Notes: generated from the sequence alone by a model not told the origin. 52,015 bases of DNA from Gaiellales bacterium (GCA_044369995.1 JBILWG010000002.1:1-52015); one strand, 5' to 3'. Numbered from the stretch's first letter, positions 36,053 to 48,475 are shown. A program made the numbers and translations.

Positions 36053-36586
36053 ATGCTCGATTCCGTCAAGGGCTTCTCGACGACGTTCCGTCACCTGTTC
36101 CACAAGCCCATCACCCAGCAGTACCCCGAGTACAAGCGACCGGTCTATCCGCGCTTCCGCGGCCGGCATCAGCTGCACCGCCACGACAACGGGCTGGAGA
36201 AGTGCGTCGGCTGTTCGCTCTGCGCCGCGGCCTGTCCGTCCGACTGCATCCGCGTCGTGCCAGCCGAGAACACGCCCGACAATCGCGTGTCCGCCGGCGA
36301 GCGCCACGCCCGTATCTACGAGATCAACATGGCGCGCTGCATCTTCTGCGGCTACTGCGAGCTGGCCTGCCCGTTCGACGCGATCACGCTCGGCAACGAC
36401 TTCGAGCTGTCGGAGATCTCGCGCGAGGCGCTGGTCTACACGAAGAGCATGCTGCTCGAGAAGCCCGCGCTGCGCACGCCGTCCGAGGCGATCGATCCGT
36501 ACGACGTGCCCGCTCAGGGCGAGGAGCACGTGCTCGGCATGTACGACATCGTCACGGCGACCGATCCGGAAGGGCCGCAGGCCTAA
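36053..36586 (+). CDS. nuoI: NADH-quinone oxidoreductase subunit I
   Basis: 177 aa. Two 4Fe-4S ferredoxin motifs (CVGCSLCAAACP, CIFCGYCELACP). Confidence 0.95.
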   Translation: MLDSVKGFSTTFRHLFHKPITQQYPEYKRPVYPRFRGRHQLHRHDNGLEKCVGCSLCAAACPSDCIRVVPAENTPDNRVSAGERHARIYEINMARCIFCGYCELACPFDAITLGNDFELSEISREALVYTKSMLLEKPALRTPSEAIDPYDVPAQGEEHVLGMYDIVTATDPEGPQA

Positions 36587-37201
36587 GTGGGCATCGTCGT
36601 CTTCTTCGTCGCCGCTGCCGCGGCCATCGCCTCGGCGGTCGCCGTCGTCGCGCAGCGCAATCCGTTCGTGTCGGCGCTGGCGCTGCTCGGCAACCTCGTG
36701 TCGCTTGCGGTTCTGATGCTCCTGCTCGAGGCGCAGTTCGTCGCGATCGCGCAGATCATCGTCTACGCCGGCGCGGTGATGGTGATGTTCCTGTTCGTGA
36801 TCGCCTACGTCGGGCCACGCGGCGAGATCGGCCCCGGTGTGCGCAAGCCGTGGCAGGTCTGGCTCGGAATTCTCGCCGGCGCGCTGATCGCGATCCAGGT
36901 CGTCGTCGTCACGTACGGCGCGACGTTCGAGGACTGGGCGCAGATCGACGGCGACTACGGCTCGCCCGCCGCCGTCGGCCAGGCGCTCGTCACCGACTAC
37001 CTGCTCGCCTTCGAGGTCGTGTCCGTGATCCTCTTCATGGGCGCGGTCGCCGGCGTCATCTTCGGCACCGGTGGCCGTCCGCGTCGTCTCTCGACCGACG
37101 AGGTGCTGGCCAAGGAATCCGAGTCGGCCGAGCAGCGTCGTCGCGAGGCCTCGCGTGCCGTGCTCGACGCGGCCCGTGACTCGATGGGGGAGAGCCGCTG
37201 A
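36587..37201 (+). CDS. nuoJ: NADH-quinone oxidoreductase subunit J
   Basis: 204 aa with a GTG start directly after the nuoI TAA. Hydrophobic, with IIVYAGAVMVMFLFVI. Confidence 0.9.
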   Translation: MGIVVFFVAAAAAIASAVAVVAQRNPFVSALALLGNLVSLAVLMLLLEAQFVAIAQIIVYAGAVMVMFLFVIAYVGPRGEIGPGVRKPWQVWLGILAGALIAIQVVVVTYGATFEDWAQIDGDYGSPAAVGQALVTDYLLAFEVVSVILFMGAVAGVIFGTGGRPRRLSTDEVLAKESESAEQRRREASRAVLDAARDSMGESR

Positions 37202-37506
37202 TGGGCGTCGGTCTGCCGCATTTCCTCGCGCTCAGCGGGATCCTCTTCTCGGTCGGCCTCGTCGGCGTCCTGCTGCGACGCAGCCCGTTGACGATCCTGC
37301 TGTCGCTCGAGGTGATGCTCAACTCGGTCAACCTGACGCTCGTCGCGTTCTCGCGCGAGATCGGCGGCTCCGACGGCCAGGTCTTCGCCCTCGTGGTGAT
37401 GGGCATCGCCGCGGCAGAGGTTGTCGTCGGCCTCGGTCTCGTCGTCGCCATGACGCGCCGCGAGATGGTGCTTGATACCGACGAGTTGAGGACGCTGAAC
37501 GGCTAG
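37201..37506 (+). CDS. nuoK: NADH-quinone oxidoreductase subunit K
   Basis: 101 aa. LSLEVMLNSVNL and AAAEVVVGLGL. Confidence 0.95.
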   Translation: MGVGLPHFLALSGILFSVGLVGVLLRRSPLTILLSLEVMLNSVNLTLVAFSREIGGSDGQVFALVVMGIAAAEVVVGLGLVVAMTRREMVLDTDELRTLNG

Positions 37507-37508
37507 CC

Positions 37509-39424
<1,916 letters not shown>

Positions 39425-39428
<4 letters not shown>

Positions 39429-40885
39429 TCACGGTCTCCTGGCTCATCGCCGTGCCGGCCATCGCCGCCGTGCTGCTCCTGCTCCTGCCGTTCGGGAAGA
39501 AGGCGGCCGGGTATCTCGCGCTGCTCGTCTCGCTGGCCGTCGCCGGTGCCGTGATCGGCTTCATCTACCGCTTCGTGCCGCTGGGCGGTCCGCAGTTCGG
39601 CGACAACGTCGCGTGGATCGAGTCGCTCGGCGTCCGCTGGCATGTCGCCGTCAACGGCGTCTCGCTCGCGATGGTGGCCATCACCGCGCTCATCACGTGC
39701 TGCGCGATCGGCTACGGGATGTGGGCCGGACGCGAGCGCTCCCATGCCTCGTACGCGCTGCTGCTGCTGACCGAGGCGTTCCTGATCATCGTGTTCACCG
39801 CGCAGGATCTCGTCGTCTTCTACGTCGGCTTCGAGGGCATGCTGATTCCGCTGCTGGTCCTGCTCGCCGCCTGGGGCGGCAAGGGGCGCAAGGCGGCGAT
39901 GGTGCAGGTCATCGCCTACACGGCGATGGGCACGCTGCTGATGCTGCTCGCGATCGCCTACCTCGGGTTCACGGCACCGGGTGGACCGAACTTCGACATG
40001 GCCGCGGCGATCGGGCGCGGCAACGACTGGGTCTTCGCCGCCTTCGCGTTCGCGCTGGCGATCAAGTCGCCGCTGTTCCCGTTCCACGGCTGGGTGCTCC
40101 CGGCCTACCGTGAGGCGTCGCCCGAGGTCGCGGCGGTGCTGTCCGGCGTCGCCTCCAAGGCCGGTGGCTTCGCCTTCCTCGCCGTGCTGATCCCGCTGTT
40201 CCCCGCGCAGGCCGCCGAGTACGCGTGGATCTTCATCGCCCTCGGCACGATCGGCTTCCTGTACGGCGCGTTCCTCGCCTTCCGCCAGCCCGACGGGCGT
40301 GGCGTCGTCGCCTACTCGTCGGTGGCGCAGATGTCCTTCGTGATCCTCGGCGTCTTCCTGCTGGATTCGCGCGGTGCCACCGGCGCCACCTTCCAGATGG
40401 TCAACCACGCGCTTGTGTCGGCGGGGCTGTTCCTCCTTGCGGGCTGGCTCGAGACGCAGGCCGGCTCCGGCTCCTTCAAGCACCTGGGTGGGCTGGCGCG
40501 CAGCCGCCCCGTGCTCGCCACGACCGCGCTGATCCTCGGCATGGCCGCCCTTGCCGTGCCCGGTTCGAGCGTCTTCGCCTCGGAGTTCCTGATCATGCTC
40601 GGTGCGTTCGAGCACTCCTGGTGGCTCGGGGCGATCGTCGCGCTCGGCGTCGTGTTCGCGGCGATGTACATGCTGCGCTGGATCTCCGCGGTGCTGCACG
40701 AGCGCGAGGGCGATTTCGTGGGCACGCTCAACCCGCCGGATCTGCGCCGTGGCGCGCTGGTCTGCATCCTGCCGATCGTGCTCTGCCTGATCGGGCTGAG
40801 CGTTGCGCCCGCCCAGTTCACCGATCGCGTCGACGCGGCGGCGACCGCCATGGTCACGATGGCGGCTGAGGAGGCGGGACGATGA
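39425..40885 (+). CDS. nuoM: NADH-quinone oxidoreductase subunit M
   Basis: 486 aa antiporter-like subunit. ATGA overlap with nuoL. IKSPLFPFHGWVLPAY. Confidence 0.95.
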
Positions 40886-42354
40886 TCCAAGGTCCTTCCG
40901 TCGACTGGTTCGCGATCGCGCCCGAGGTCATCCTGATCGGCAGCGCATTCCTGCTGCTGATCCTCGCCACGATCGCCAAGTCCCACGAGCGTGGGCTCAG
41001 CATCGTGCTGGGGCTTGCCGCGCTGGGCGTCTCGACCGGCTTCGCCGTGGCGGCATGGGGGAATGCGCCGGTGGTGACGATGGCCGACGCCTTCCGCGTC
41101 GACGATCTCACCGAGCTCGTGCGCATCACCGTGGCGATCATGGCCGCATTCGTGATCCTCCTCTCGGTCGGCTGGGCGCGCTTCCGCGAGCACGGCTCCG
41201 AGTTCACCGCCCTGCTGCTTCTCGTGTGCGCCGGCATGGGCATCGTCGCGGGATCCACGTCGTTCGTGACGCTGTTCGTCGGTCTCGAGCTCTTCTCGCT
41301 CTCGCTGTACGTGCTGGTCGCGTTCGACGGCAAGAGCCGGGCCTCGCTCGAGGCCGGCTTCAAGTACCTCGTGCTCGGCACGATCGGCTCGGTCGTCCTC
41401 GTCTACGGCGCCGCGTTCCTGTACGGGGCGACCGGCTCGTTCATGTACGGCGGCGTCGCCGACGCGCTCGCCAAGGGCGGTGCCGACGACACCATCGTCA
41501 CGCTCGGCACCGCGCTCGTGCTCGTCGGCCTGCTGTTCAAGGTCGGCGCGATGCCGTTCCACATGTGGGTGCCCGACGTCTACGAGGGCGCACCGACGCA
41601 GATCACCGGCTTCATGGCCGGCGCCACCAAGCTCGTCGCGTTCGTCGCGCTGGCCCGCGTCGTCCTCGAGGCCCTGCCGTCGCAGGAGCACCTCTGGTCG
41701 CCGGTGCTCATCATCGGCGCCATCGTCACGATCATCGGCGGCAACATCGCGGCCCTTGTGCAGACGAACGTCAAGCGCATGATCGCGTGGTCCAGCGTCG
41801 GCGCGGCCGGCTACGCCCTGATCGGCGTCATCGTGAATGGCGATGAGGGGCTGCGCGGTCTCGTCTTCTACCTGGCCGCCTACGCGTTCACCGCGATGGG
41901 CGCCTTCGCCGTGATCGCCGTGTTCGAGCGGGATCAGGTGCGCGAGAAGGGCTACGCCACCCTCGACGGCATGCGCGCCTGGGGCTTCAGCCGCCCGTTC
42001 GCCGCGATGGCGATGGTCGTCTTCCTGCTGGCCTTCGCGGGCTTCCCGCCCACCGCGGGCTTCATCGGCAAGTTCGTCGTGTCCGGCACCGCGGTGACGA
42101 ACGGCTATGCCTACCTCGCCATCATCGGCGCGATCGGCTCGGTGATCGGCCTCGGCTACTACCTGCGCGTGATCCTCTCGCTGTACGACCGCTCGCGCAA
42201 GAGCGACGTCGGCCTGCCGGCGACGCCGGGTCTCGGCGGCGCCACCGTCGTGATCCTGCTCTGCCTCGCCGTCGTCCTGCTCGGCGGCATCCTGCCGGGC
42301 GTGCTGCTCGACTGGTCCGGCCAGGCCTCGGCGTTCCTCGCCGTCGTCAAGTAG
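40882..42354 (+). CDS. nuoN: NADH-quinone oxidoreductase subunit N
   Basis: 490 aa antiporter-like subunit. ATGA overlap with nuoM. FKVGAMPFHMWVPDVYEGAPT. Confidence 0.95.
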   Translation: MIQGPSVDWFAIAPEVILIGSAFLLLILATIAKSHERGLSIVLGLAALGVSTGFAVAAWGNAPVVTMADAFRVDDLTELVRITVAIMAAFVILLSVGWARFREHGSEFTALLLLVCAGMGIVAGSTSFVTLFVGLELFSLSLYVLVAFDGKSRASLEAGFKYLVLGTIGSVVLVYGAAFLYGATGSFMYGGVADALAKGGADDTIVTLGTALVLVGLLFKVGAMPFHMWVPDVYEGAPTQITGFMAGATKLVAFVALARVVLEALPSQEHLWSPVLIIGAIVTIIGGNIAALVQTNVKRMIAWSSVGAAGYALIGVIVNGDEGLRGLVFYLAAYAFTAMGAFAVIAVFERDQVREKGYATLDGMRAWGFSRPFAAMAMVVFLLAFAGFPPTAGFIGKFVVSGTAVTNGYAYLAIIGAIGSVIGLGYYLRVILSLYDRSRKSDVGLPATPGLGGATVVILLCLAVVLLGGILPGVLLDWSGQASAFLAVVK

Positions 42355-42393
42355 CGCCTAGTCTTTCCGCGAACGCCCGCCGAGGAGGACACG

Positions 42394-43092
42394 ATGCCCG
42401 AGAACACCACGATCACCTGGCTTGGTCATGCGACCTGGCACATCAAGACGCCCGGCGGCGTCGACGTGCTGGTCGATCCCTGGCTGTCCGGCAATCCGAC
42501 GTGCCCCGCGGCGGCGCACGAGTCCTCGGCCGACGTCGTGCTCGTGACGCACGGACACGCCGACCACATCGCCGATGCCGCAGCGGTCTCCCAGCGCGGC
42601 AACGCGACGACGATCGCCCAGTACGAGATCGCCAACTGGCTTGGCGAGCAGGGGGCGACGAATCCGATCGGCATGAACACCGGCGGCACCGTCGAGACGA
42701 ACGGCCTCAAGGTCACGATGACGCAGGCCTTCCACTCCAGCGCACTGCCGGACGGCTCCTACGGCGGCGATCCCGTCGGCTTCGTGATCGAGCTCGAGTC
42801 CGGGCAGCGCATCTACATCGCCGGCGACACGGGCGTCTTCGGCGACATGGCGCTGATCGGCGAGCTGTACCAGCCGGTGATCGCGATCCTGCCGATCGGC
42901 GATCTCTTCACGATGGGGCCGTTCCAGGCCGCGCATGCCGCGCGCCTGCTCGGCGTCAAGCACGTACTCGGCTCGCACTGGGGCACGTTCGACGCGCTCA
43001 CGGGCACGCCGGCCAAGCTGCGCGAGGAGCTCGACAAGCTGGGTCTCGGCGACGTCACCGTCCACGAGCTGGCGCCGGGCGAGTCGCTCTAG
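42394..43092 (+). CDS. metal-dependent hydrolase, MBL fold (UPF0173 family)
   Basis: 232 aa. ITWLGHATWHI and VLVTHGHADHI. RBS GAGGAGGA lies upstream. Confidence 0.8.
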   Translation: MPENTTITWLGHATWHIKTPGGVDVLVDPWLSGNPTCPAAAHESSADVVLVTHGHADHIADAAAVSQRGNATTIAQYEIANWLGEQGATNPIGMNTGGTVETNGLKVTMTQAFHSSALPDGSYGGDPVGFVIELESGQRIYIAGDTGVFGDMALIGELYQPVIAILPIGDLFTMGPFQAAHAARLLGVKHVLGSHWGTFDALTGTPAKLREELDKLGLGDVTVHELAPGESL

Positions 43093-43096
43093 CCAC

Positions 43097-43930
43097 GTGA
43101 CCTTCTCGATCGCGGCCGTCGATCGCGCCACGGGCGATGTCGGCGCGGCCGCGACCACCCGGTTCCTCGCCGTCGGGGCCGGCGTGCTGTGGGCGGAGCT
43201 CGGCGTCGGCGCTGTCTGCACGCAGGCGATGGCGCGCATCGAGTACGGACCGGAGGTGCTCGACCTGCTTCGCGCCGGCACCGCCCCCGCCGATGCGTTG
43301 GCGACGGCGACAGCAGCAGACGCCGGTCGCGAGGATCGGCAGGTCGGTGCCGTCGACGTCGCCGGCCGGGGCGCGACGTTCACCGGCAGCCAGTGCTTCG
43401 ACTGGGCTGGTGGGCGCGTGCTGGCCGACGCCGTGATCCAGGGCAACATCCTGGTCGGCTCAGTCGTGCTCGACGCGATGGAGCAGGCGTGGCAGGCCTC
43501 GGAGGGCGAACCGCTCGATCGTCGGTTGCTGGCCGTGCTCAGAGCGGGAGACGCCACCGGTGGCGACCGTCGTGGTCGGCAGTCGGCCGCGATCCTCGTG
43601 CGCCGCGCGGCAGGCGGCGATCCGGTGGATCTCCGCGTCGATGATCATCCCGTCCCCTTGGACGAGCTTGATCGCCTGCGGGATGTGTTCGAGCTAATCT
43701 ACGGGACGACGCCGACGAGCGAGTGGATCACCGTCGACGCGACTGTCGCCGGCCAGCTGCGCGCGGCGCTGCGCGCGACGGGCGGGAGCGTCGGCGCCGC
43801 AGGTGGCTGGGACGACGAGCTGGAGGCCGCACTGGCGGCATGGGTCTTCGACGCCAGTCTCGATGGACGCTGGAACGGCGGCGACCGGATCGACCCGGTC
43901 GTGCTCGAGCAGCTGCTCGCCAGCAGCTGA
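43097..43930 (+). CDS. DUF1028 (Ntn-hydrolase-like) protein with a C-terminal putative peptidoglycan-binding-type domain
   Basis: 277 aa with a GTG start. N-terminus [27 protein letters not shown] is typical of DUF1028. The C-terminal ~70 aa resemble the PG_binding_2-type tail. Confidence 0.7.
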   Translation: MTFSIAAVDRATGDVGAAATTRFLAVGAGVLWAELGVGAVCTQAMARIEYGPEVLDLLRAGTAPADALATATAADAGREDRQVGAVDVAGRGATFTGSQCFDWAGGRVLADAVIQGNILVGSVVLDAMEQAWQASEGEPLDRRLLAVLRAGDATGGDRRGRQSAAILVRRAAGGDPVDLRVDDHPVPLDELDRLRDVFELIYGTTPTSEWITVDATVAGQLRAALRATGGSVGAAGGWDDELEAALAAWVFDASLDGRWNGGDRIDPVVLEQLLASS

Positions 43931-43935
43931 CCCGT

Positions 43936-43959
43936 GTCCGCGCGAGACCGGCGCGGGAC
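43936..43959 (+). terminator. GC hairpin after the DUF1028 gene
   Basis: GTCCGCGC (43936-43943) and GCGCGGGAC (43951-43959), with a one-base bulge. Confidence 0.3.
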
Positions 43960-44000
43960 CGTTCGCAGCCCGTGCAGATTTGTTCTGTTGCATTTGCTTT

Positions 44001-45035
44001 ATGCCAAAGAACAAAAAATTGCTCCGGGGTAGACCTCCGCGCTCTGGCGTCCATGAGCGCGCGCACGCGGTGATGTCGGAGGTCTTGGCGACGTACGGCG
44101 TCCTGCCAACCCCGGTATCGGCTCGAGCTGCCTGGGAGGAGCTGTGGATCGCCGATGCGCACAATTCGACGGCCATTGAAGGCAACACGCTCGTCCTCGC
44201 GCAGGTGCGAGAGCTGCTGCAGGCGCGTGAGACGTCTGGGCGGCGACCACTCAGGGATTACCTCGAGGTGCTCGGCTATGCCGCCGCTGCCCGCACCATC
44301 ATCGACGAGCTCGACGGCGCCGTACCCTCCGAGAAGGTCGCGACAGTGACCGTCACCGACGTGCGCCGCTTGCACCAGCTCGCAATGGGGGCTGTCTGGG
44401 AATGGGATCCGCACCCTGACGCACTCCCCGAGGAGGCACCCGGGGGATGGCGTCGGCACGACACCCTGGCGTTTCCGAGCGGCATGCGTCCGCCCGATTG
44501 GACGGAGGTGCCCCAGCGGATGTCGGACTGGGTTCGCGCGGCCAACGCCGCGGTCGGCTCGCTGGATCCGCTCCTGCCTGAGCGATTGGCGGAGGTGCAT
44601 GCCGCGTTCGAGCGGATCCACCCCTTTCTCGATGGGAATGGACGCACCGGACGGCTCGTGCTGAATCTGCTGCTCGTGCGCAGCGGATATCCACCGATCG
44701 TGCTCCGCAGTCGTCAGCGCAAGGCCTATCTCCGCGCCTTGGCGCAGGCGGACGGGGGGAGGCCCGGAACGCTTGGCGAGTTGATCGCCCGCGGCATCAT
44801 CGAGGCGGCAGAGCGCCTGATCATGTCCGTGAGCCCCGAGCCCGAGACGATGGTGCCGCTGGCGGCTCTGGCGGACGACCGGATGAGCGCCGATGCATTG
44901 AAGATGGCAGCCCGCCGCGGGCGGCTTCGCGCACTGCAGGACGATACGGGCCGTTGGCGCAGCACACCCGAAGCGGTCGACGCGTATCTCGCGTCGAAGT
45001 ACGTGCGCTCTACAGGACCTTCAGCGGCTTCTTGA
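44001..45035 (+). CDS. Fic-domain protein (class II, with an N-terminal inhibitory helix) and a C-terminal HTH-like tail
   Basis: 344 aa. Canonical Fic motif [12 protein letters not shown] (44619-44654). Inhibitory motif S-x-x-x-E-G in STAIEGN (44166-44186). An AT-rich leader lies upstream. The 3' end overlaps convergent mrp by 26 nt. Confidence 0.85.
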   Translation: MPKNKKLLRGRPPRSGVHERAHAVMSEVLATYGVLPTPVSARAAWEELWIADAHNSTAIEGNTLVLAQVRELLQARETSGRRPLRDYLEVLGYAAAARTIIDELDGAVPSEKVATVTVTDVRRLHQLAMGAVWEWDPHPDALPEEAPGGWRRHDTLAFPSGMRPPDWTEVPQRMSDWVRAANAAVGSLDPLLPERLAEVHAAFERIHPFLDGNGRTGRLVLNLLLVRSGYPPIVLRSRQRKAYLRALAQADGGRPGTLGELIARGIIEAAERLIMSVSPEPETMVPLAALADDRMSADALKMAARRGRLRALQDDTGRWRSTPEAVDAYLASKYVRSTGPSAAS

Positions 45036-46122
45036 TCCGCGCGAGCGGATCCTGCGTGCGCATGCCGTGCAGGCGCTCGGCCAGCGCGCGGATGGCGACG
45101 GCGGCGGGGGAGTCGGGCGCGCTGATGGTGAACGGCACGCCGATGTCGCCGCCTTCGCGCAGCGCGGGCTCGAGCGGGATCTCCGCGAGCAGCGGCACTT
45201 CGAGATGGCCGGCCAGCGAGGCACCGCCGCCGGAGCCGAAGAGATCGTCTCGCTCGCCGCAGCACGGGCAGACGCGGTACGACATGTTCTCGATCACGCC
45301 CACGACGCGCATGTTGACGCGCTCGGATACGGCCGCCGCACGCTCCGCCACGCGCTGCGCCGCGGCCTGCGGGGTGGTGACGACGACGGCCTCGGCGTTC
45401 GGCACGAGGCCGCCGAGCGAGATCGCGACGTCACCCGTGCCCGGCGGCATGTCGATCAGCAGCACGTCGAGCTCGCCCCAGTGGACGTCCGACAGGAACT
45501 GCTGCATCGCCTTGTGGAGCATCGGGCCGCGCCACAGGACGGCACCGCCCTCCTCCATGAAGTAGCCGATCGAGATCGTCTTGAGGCCGTGCGCGACGGG
45601 CGGCACGATCATCTTGTCGACGGTCACGGGACGCTGGTGGATGCCGAGCATGCCGGGGATGGAGAAGCCGTAGATGTCGGCGTCGATCACGCCGACCTCG
45701 AGGCCCAGCTGCTGGAAGGCGATCGCGAGATTCACCGTCAGCGACGACTTGCCGACGCCGCCCTTGCCCGAGGCGACGGCGATCACGCGGGTCGTGGGGG
45801 AGACGCTCAGCTCTCCGGCCGGCCGCGCCGGGCGGCCGCCACGCAGCTTCGTGGCGAGGGCGGCGCGCTGGTCCTCCGACATGCTGCCGAACTCGATCGC
45901 GACGCGCTCGACCCCGGGGACCGTGCTCACCTCGCGGGTGACGTCGTCGTTGATCGTGGCCTTGAGGGGACAGCCGGGGATCGTCAGCGTCACGCCGACC
46001 GTCACGTCGCCGCCGTCGATCGCGATGCTCTTGATCATGTCGAGCGAGACGAGGTCCTGCTTCAGCTCGGGATCGATCACCCGGGTCAGGGCCTCGCGGA
46101 TCTGGTCTTCGGTCAGCGCCAT
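45010..46122 (-). CDS. mrp: Mrp/ApbC/NBP35-family Fe-S cluster carrier ATPase with an N-terminal DUF59/MIP18 domain
   Basis: 370 aa from the ATG at 46122. DUF59 region ([17 protein letters not shown]), deviant Walker A ([11 protein letters not shown]) and the CPCCG cluster-ligand motif. Confidence 0.9.
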   Translation of the reverse strand: MALTEDQIREALTRVIDPELKQDLVSLDMIKSIAIDGGDVTVGVTLTIPGCPLKATINDDVTREVSTVPGVERVAIEFGSMSEDQRAALATKLRGGRPARPAGELSVSPTTRVIAVASGKGGVGKSSLTVNLAIAFQQLGLEVGVIDADIYGFSIPGMLGIHQRPVTVDKMIVPPVAHGLKTISIGYFMEEGGAVLWRGPMLHKAMQQFLSDVHWGELDVLLIDMPPGTGDVAISLGGLVPNAEAVVVTTPQAAAQRVAERAAAVSERVNMRVVGVIENMSYRVCPCCGERDDLFGSGGGASLAGHLEVPLLAEIPLEPALREGGDIGVPFTISAPDSPAAVAIRALAERLHGMRTQDPLARIKKPLKVL

Positions 46123-46142
46123 GGCAGCAAGGCTAGCCGGAG

Positions 46143-47411
46143 TCAGTCCTGCGGGCCGTCGAGCGTGCGGATCACGAGCCCGTCGAGCGTCTTCGGATAG
46201 AAGTAGGTGCTCTTCTGCGGCATGACCTCGCCGGCCAGGGCGACGGCCTCGACCTCGCGCACCGTCGGTGCGCGCAGGATGAAGCCCACGTCGCCCGACT
46301 CCTCGACCTTCGCGGCGGCGTCGTCGGAGTAGGCGGTGTAGCGGATGCGGTGCGTCTTCGCCACGACGTCGGCGGGGAGATCCAGCAGTGGTCCGAGCAC
46401 CCGCTCCTGCAGCATCACGGCGTCGATGCGGCTCAGCGGCGAGTCCGCGGTGCCGGCGTCGGTATCGGGTGCGGAGACGAGCAGTGGCGGCAGCCCCTGC
46501 CGGACCAGGCCGAAGACGCCGTGATCGTGCGGGATCTTCGCCATCGCGGTCTCGAGCTGCGCGACGCCGTCGCCGGCCTCCTCGACGGTGAAGCCCGCGG
46601 CGCGCAGCATGGTGGGCAGCGCTGCCTGCACGGTGGCGGCGACGCCGCTGACGATGCGGTGGATCGGGAAGATGACGAGGCCCGGCGAGGCGCCGTTGGT
46701 CAGGAACATCATCATCGAGTTCGCGGAGGGGTCCTGCGGGTACGCGTCGCGGTAGGCGAGGGCCGTGGCGTAGCGATGGTGGCCGTCGGCGATCAGCAGG
46801 CGCCGCTCGGCGAGGATCTCGCGGATGCGCTCCTGCAGCGGCTCGTCCGTGACGCGCCACATGCGCAGGTGGGTGCTGTGATCGTCGGTCAGATCGACGA
46901 TCGGGAGCGGCTCGGCGCCGAGCCGCAGCGCGGCATCGATGTCGCCGTAGGGGTCGTCGTAGGTGACGAGGATCGGCGACGGCTGGGCGTGGGTCGTGCG
47001 CAGGAGACGCAGACGATCCTCGACGATGTTCGGCATCGTGCGCTCGTGCGGGAGGATGGTGCCTTCACCGCGCGGCAGGCCGACCAGCGCGATCATCCCC
47101 GTGCGCACGCGCGTGACGCCGTCGGGTCCCGTGAACGTCTCCTCGGTGCGGTAGAGGCAGGGCACGTCCTCCTCGCGCAGCGTGCCGTCCTCGCGCCACT
47201 CGTCGAGCAGGCGGCGGGCGTTCTCCGCGCGGCCGACGTCGGGCAGGATCAGGCGCACGACGTTGCGGTTGCTGCGCGCCACGAGGCGCATGCGGTCGGC
47301 CAGCTGGATCACGTCGTAGGGCGGCGCGACCACGCTGTACGCCGGGTGGCGCTTCGGGTCGTAACGCAGCCCGCGAAACGGACGGACGTCGAGGTGCTCG
47401 GGCGTCGGCAT
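46143..47411 (-). CDS. DUF1015 family protein
   Basis: 422 aa from the ATG at 47411. VRPFRGLRYDP ... VVAPPYDVI ... LIADGHHRY. Confidence 0.8.
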   Translation of the reverse strand: MPTPEHLDVRPFRGLRYDPKRHPAYSVVAPPYDVIQLADRMRLVARSNRNVVRLILPDVGRAENARRLLDEWREDGTLREEDVPCLYRTEETFTGPDGVTRVRTGMIALVGLPRGEGTILPHERTMPNIVEDRLRLLRTTHAQPSPILVTYDDPYGDIDAALRLGAEPLPIVDLTDDHSTHLRMWRVTDEPLQERIREILAERRLLIADGHHRYATALAYRDAYPQDPSANSMMMFLTNGASPGLVIFPIHRIVSGVAATVQAALPTMLRAAGFTVEEAGDGVAQLETAMAKIPHDHGVFGLVRQGLPPLLVSAPDTDAGTADSPLSRIDAVMLQERVLGPLLDLPADVVAKTHRIRYTAYSDDAAAKVEESGDVGFILRAPTVREVEAVALAGEVMPQKSTYFYPKTLDGLVIRTLDGPQD

Positions 47412-47469
47412 GCGCGGGGCATCGTATCGGGCTTTGCAGGCATTCCGTCCCGGCCCGCGCTGGAGGCGC

Positions 47470-47530
47470 GGATGTCCCGCGCATGCCGACGTCGGATGTC
47501 CCAAAAGGGTCTGACCCCGTTGGGACATCC
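47470..47530. promoter_or_regulatory. GGATGTCCC motif three times: two direct copies plus one inverted copy that forms an 11-bp perfect inverted repeat
   Basis: GGATGTCCC at 47470-47478 and 47494-47502. GGATGTCCCAA (47494-47504) faces TTGGGACATCC (47520-47530) across a 15-nt spacer. It lies in the 185-bp divergent intergenic region. Confidence 0.4.
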
Positions 47531-47596
47531 TCTTCCGCGCACCACCCACCCCGGATCCCGCCCGCAGCCAGCACACCGCCGACTAGACTCACCCGT

Positions 47597-48466
47597 GTGA
47601 GCGCAGAAGCACGCACCGCCGTCCGCGATCTGGTCGAGGGCCAGCTCGTCGACTCGACGTTCGCGGTCATCCGCAAGGACCGTCGCCGCACGCGCACGGG
47701 CTCGCCGTACCTGGCGCTCGAGCTGGCGGACAAGACCGGCCGCGTGAAGGCCACGATCTTCGACGACGCGCCGATCCTGGACGGGCGCTTCGAGGTCGGC
47801 GACGTCATTCGCGTGCTCGGCAGCGTGGAGGAGTACCGTGGCCGCCCGCAGATCGTCGTGCGCTCCGTCGAGCAGACCGAGGTCGCGCCCGACGCGCTCG
47901 AGTTCACGCCCGGCGCGCGCCGCGACGTCGACGACCTCGAGGGGTTCCTCGAATTCCTCGCCGAGGACATCCCCGATGAGGGCCTGCGCAACCTGACGCG
48001 TGCCGTCCTCAACGACGGTCCCTTCCGCACCGCCTTCCGGGCCGCGCCGATGAGCGTCGAGCAGCACCACGCCTACGCCGGCGGCGCGCTGCAGCACACC
48101 GTCGCCGTGGCCACCGCCTGCCGCGAGCTCTGGCTGTTGCATCCGCGCCTCGACGAATCGGTGGTCGCCGCCGCCTCCCTGCTCTTCGCGGTGGGGGCGG
48201 CCGACGCGTTCGTGCCCGGCCCCGTCCTGGTGCAGTCGGAGGAGGGGCGCCTGCTGGGCATCCCCCGGCTGTCGACGCGACGCATCGAGCAGGCCGCCGA
48301 CCGGCTCGGCACCTCGCGCGACCGCGTCGTCGCCGTGCTGCACTGCATCGACGCCGATCGCGCCAAGACGCCGGAGGCCGCGTGCCTGCACGGCGCGGTG
48401 GCGCTCGACGCCGCGGTCTCCGTCGCGCTCGCGCAGGCGGCGGGGCGGGCGGCCGAGGCGCAATAG
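47597..48466 (+). CDS. OB-fold plus HD-domain protein (YhaM-like 3'-5' exoribonuclease family)
   Basis: 289 aa with a GTG start. N-terminal OB fold (PYLALELADKTGRVKATIFDD ... RVLGSVEEYRGRPQIVV). HD region (EQHHAYAGGALQHT). Confidence 0.6.
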   Translation: MSAEARTAVRDLVEGQLVDSTFAVIRKDRRRTRTGSPYLALELADKTGRVKATIFDDAPILDGRFEVGDVIRVLGSVEEYRGRPQIVVRSVEQTEVAPDALEFTPGARRDVDDLEGFLEFLAEDIPDEGLRNLTRAVLNDGPFRTAFRAAPMSVEQHHAYAGGALQHTVAVATACRELWLLHPRLDESVVAAASLLFAVGAADAFVPGPVLVQSEEGRLLGIPRLSTRRIEQAADRLGTSRDRVVAVLHCIDADRAKTPEAACLHGAVALDAAVSVALAQAAGRAAEAQ

Positions 48467-48475
48467 ACTGCGGCC

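Noticed and set aside
45010-47576. N-terminal extensions of the Mrp (616 aa) and DUF1015 (477 aa) track ORFs
   Set aside because: Family similarity starts at the internal ATGs (46122 and 47411). The extensions are Arg/Ala/Pro-rich and overlap the neighbouring gene or the intergenic repeat region.
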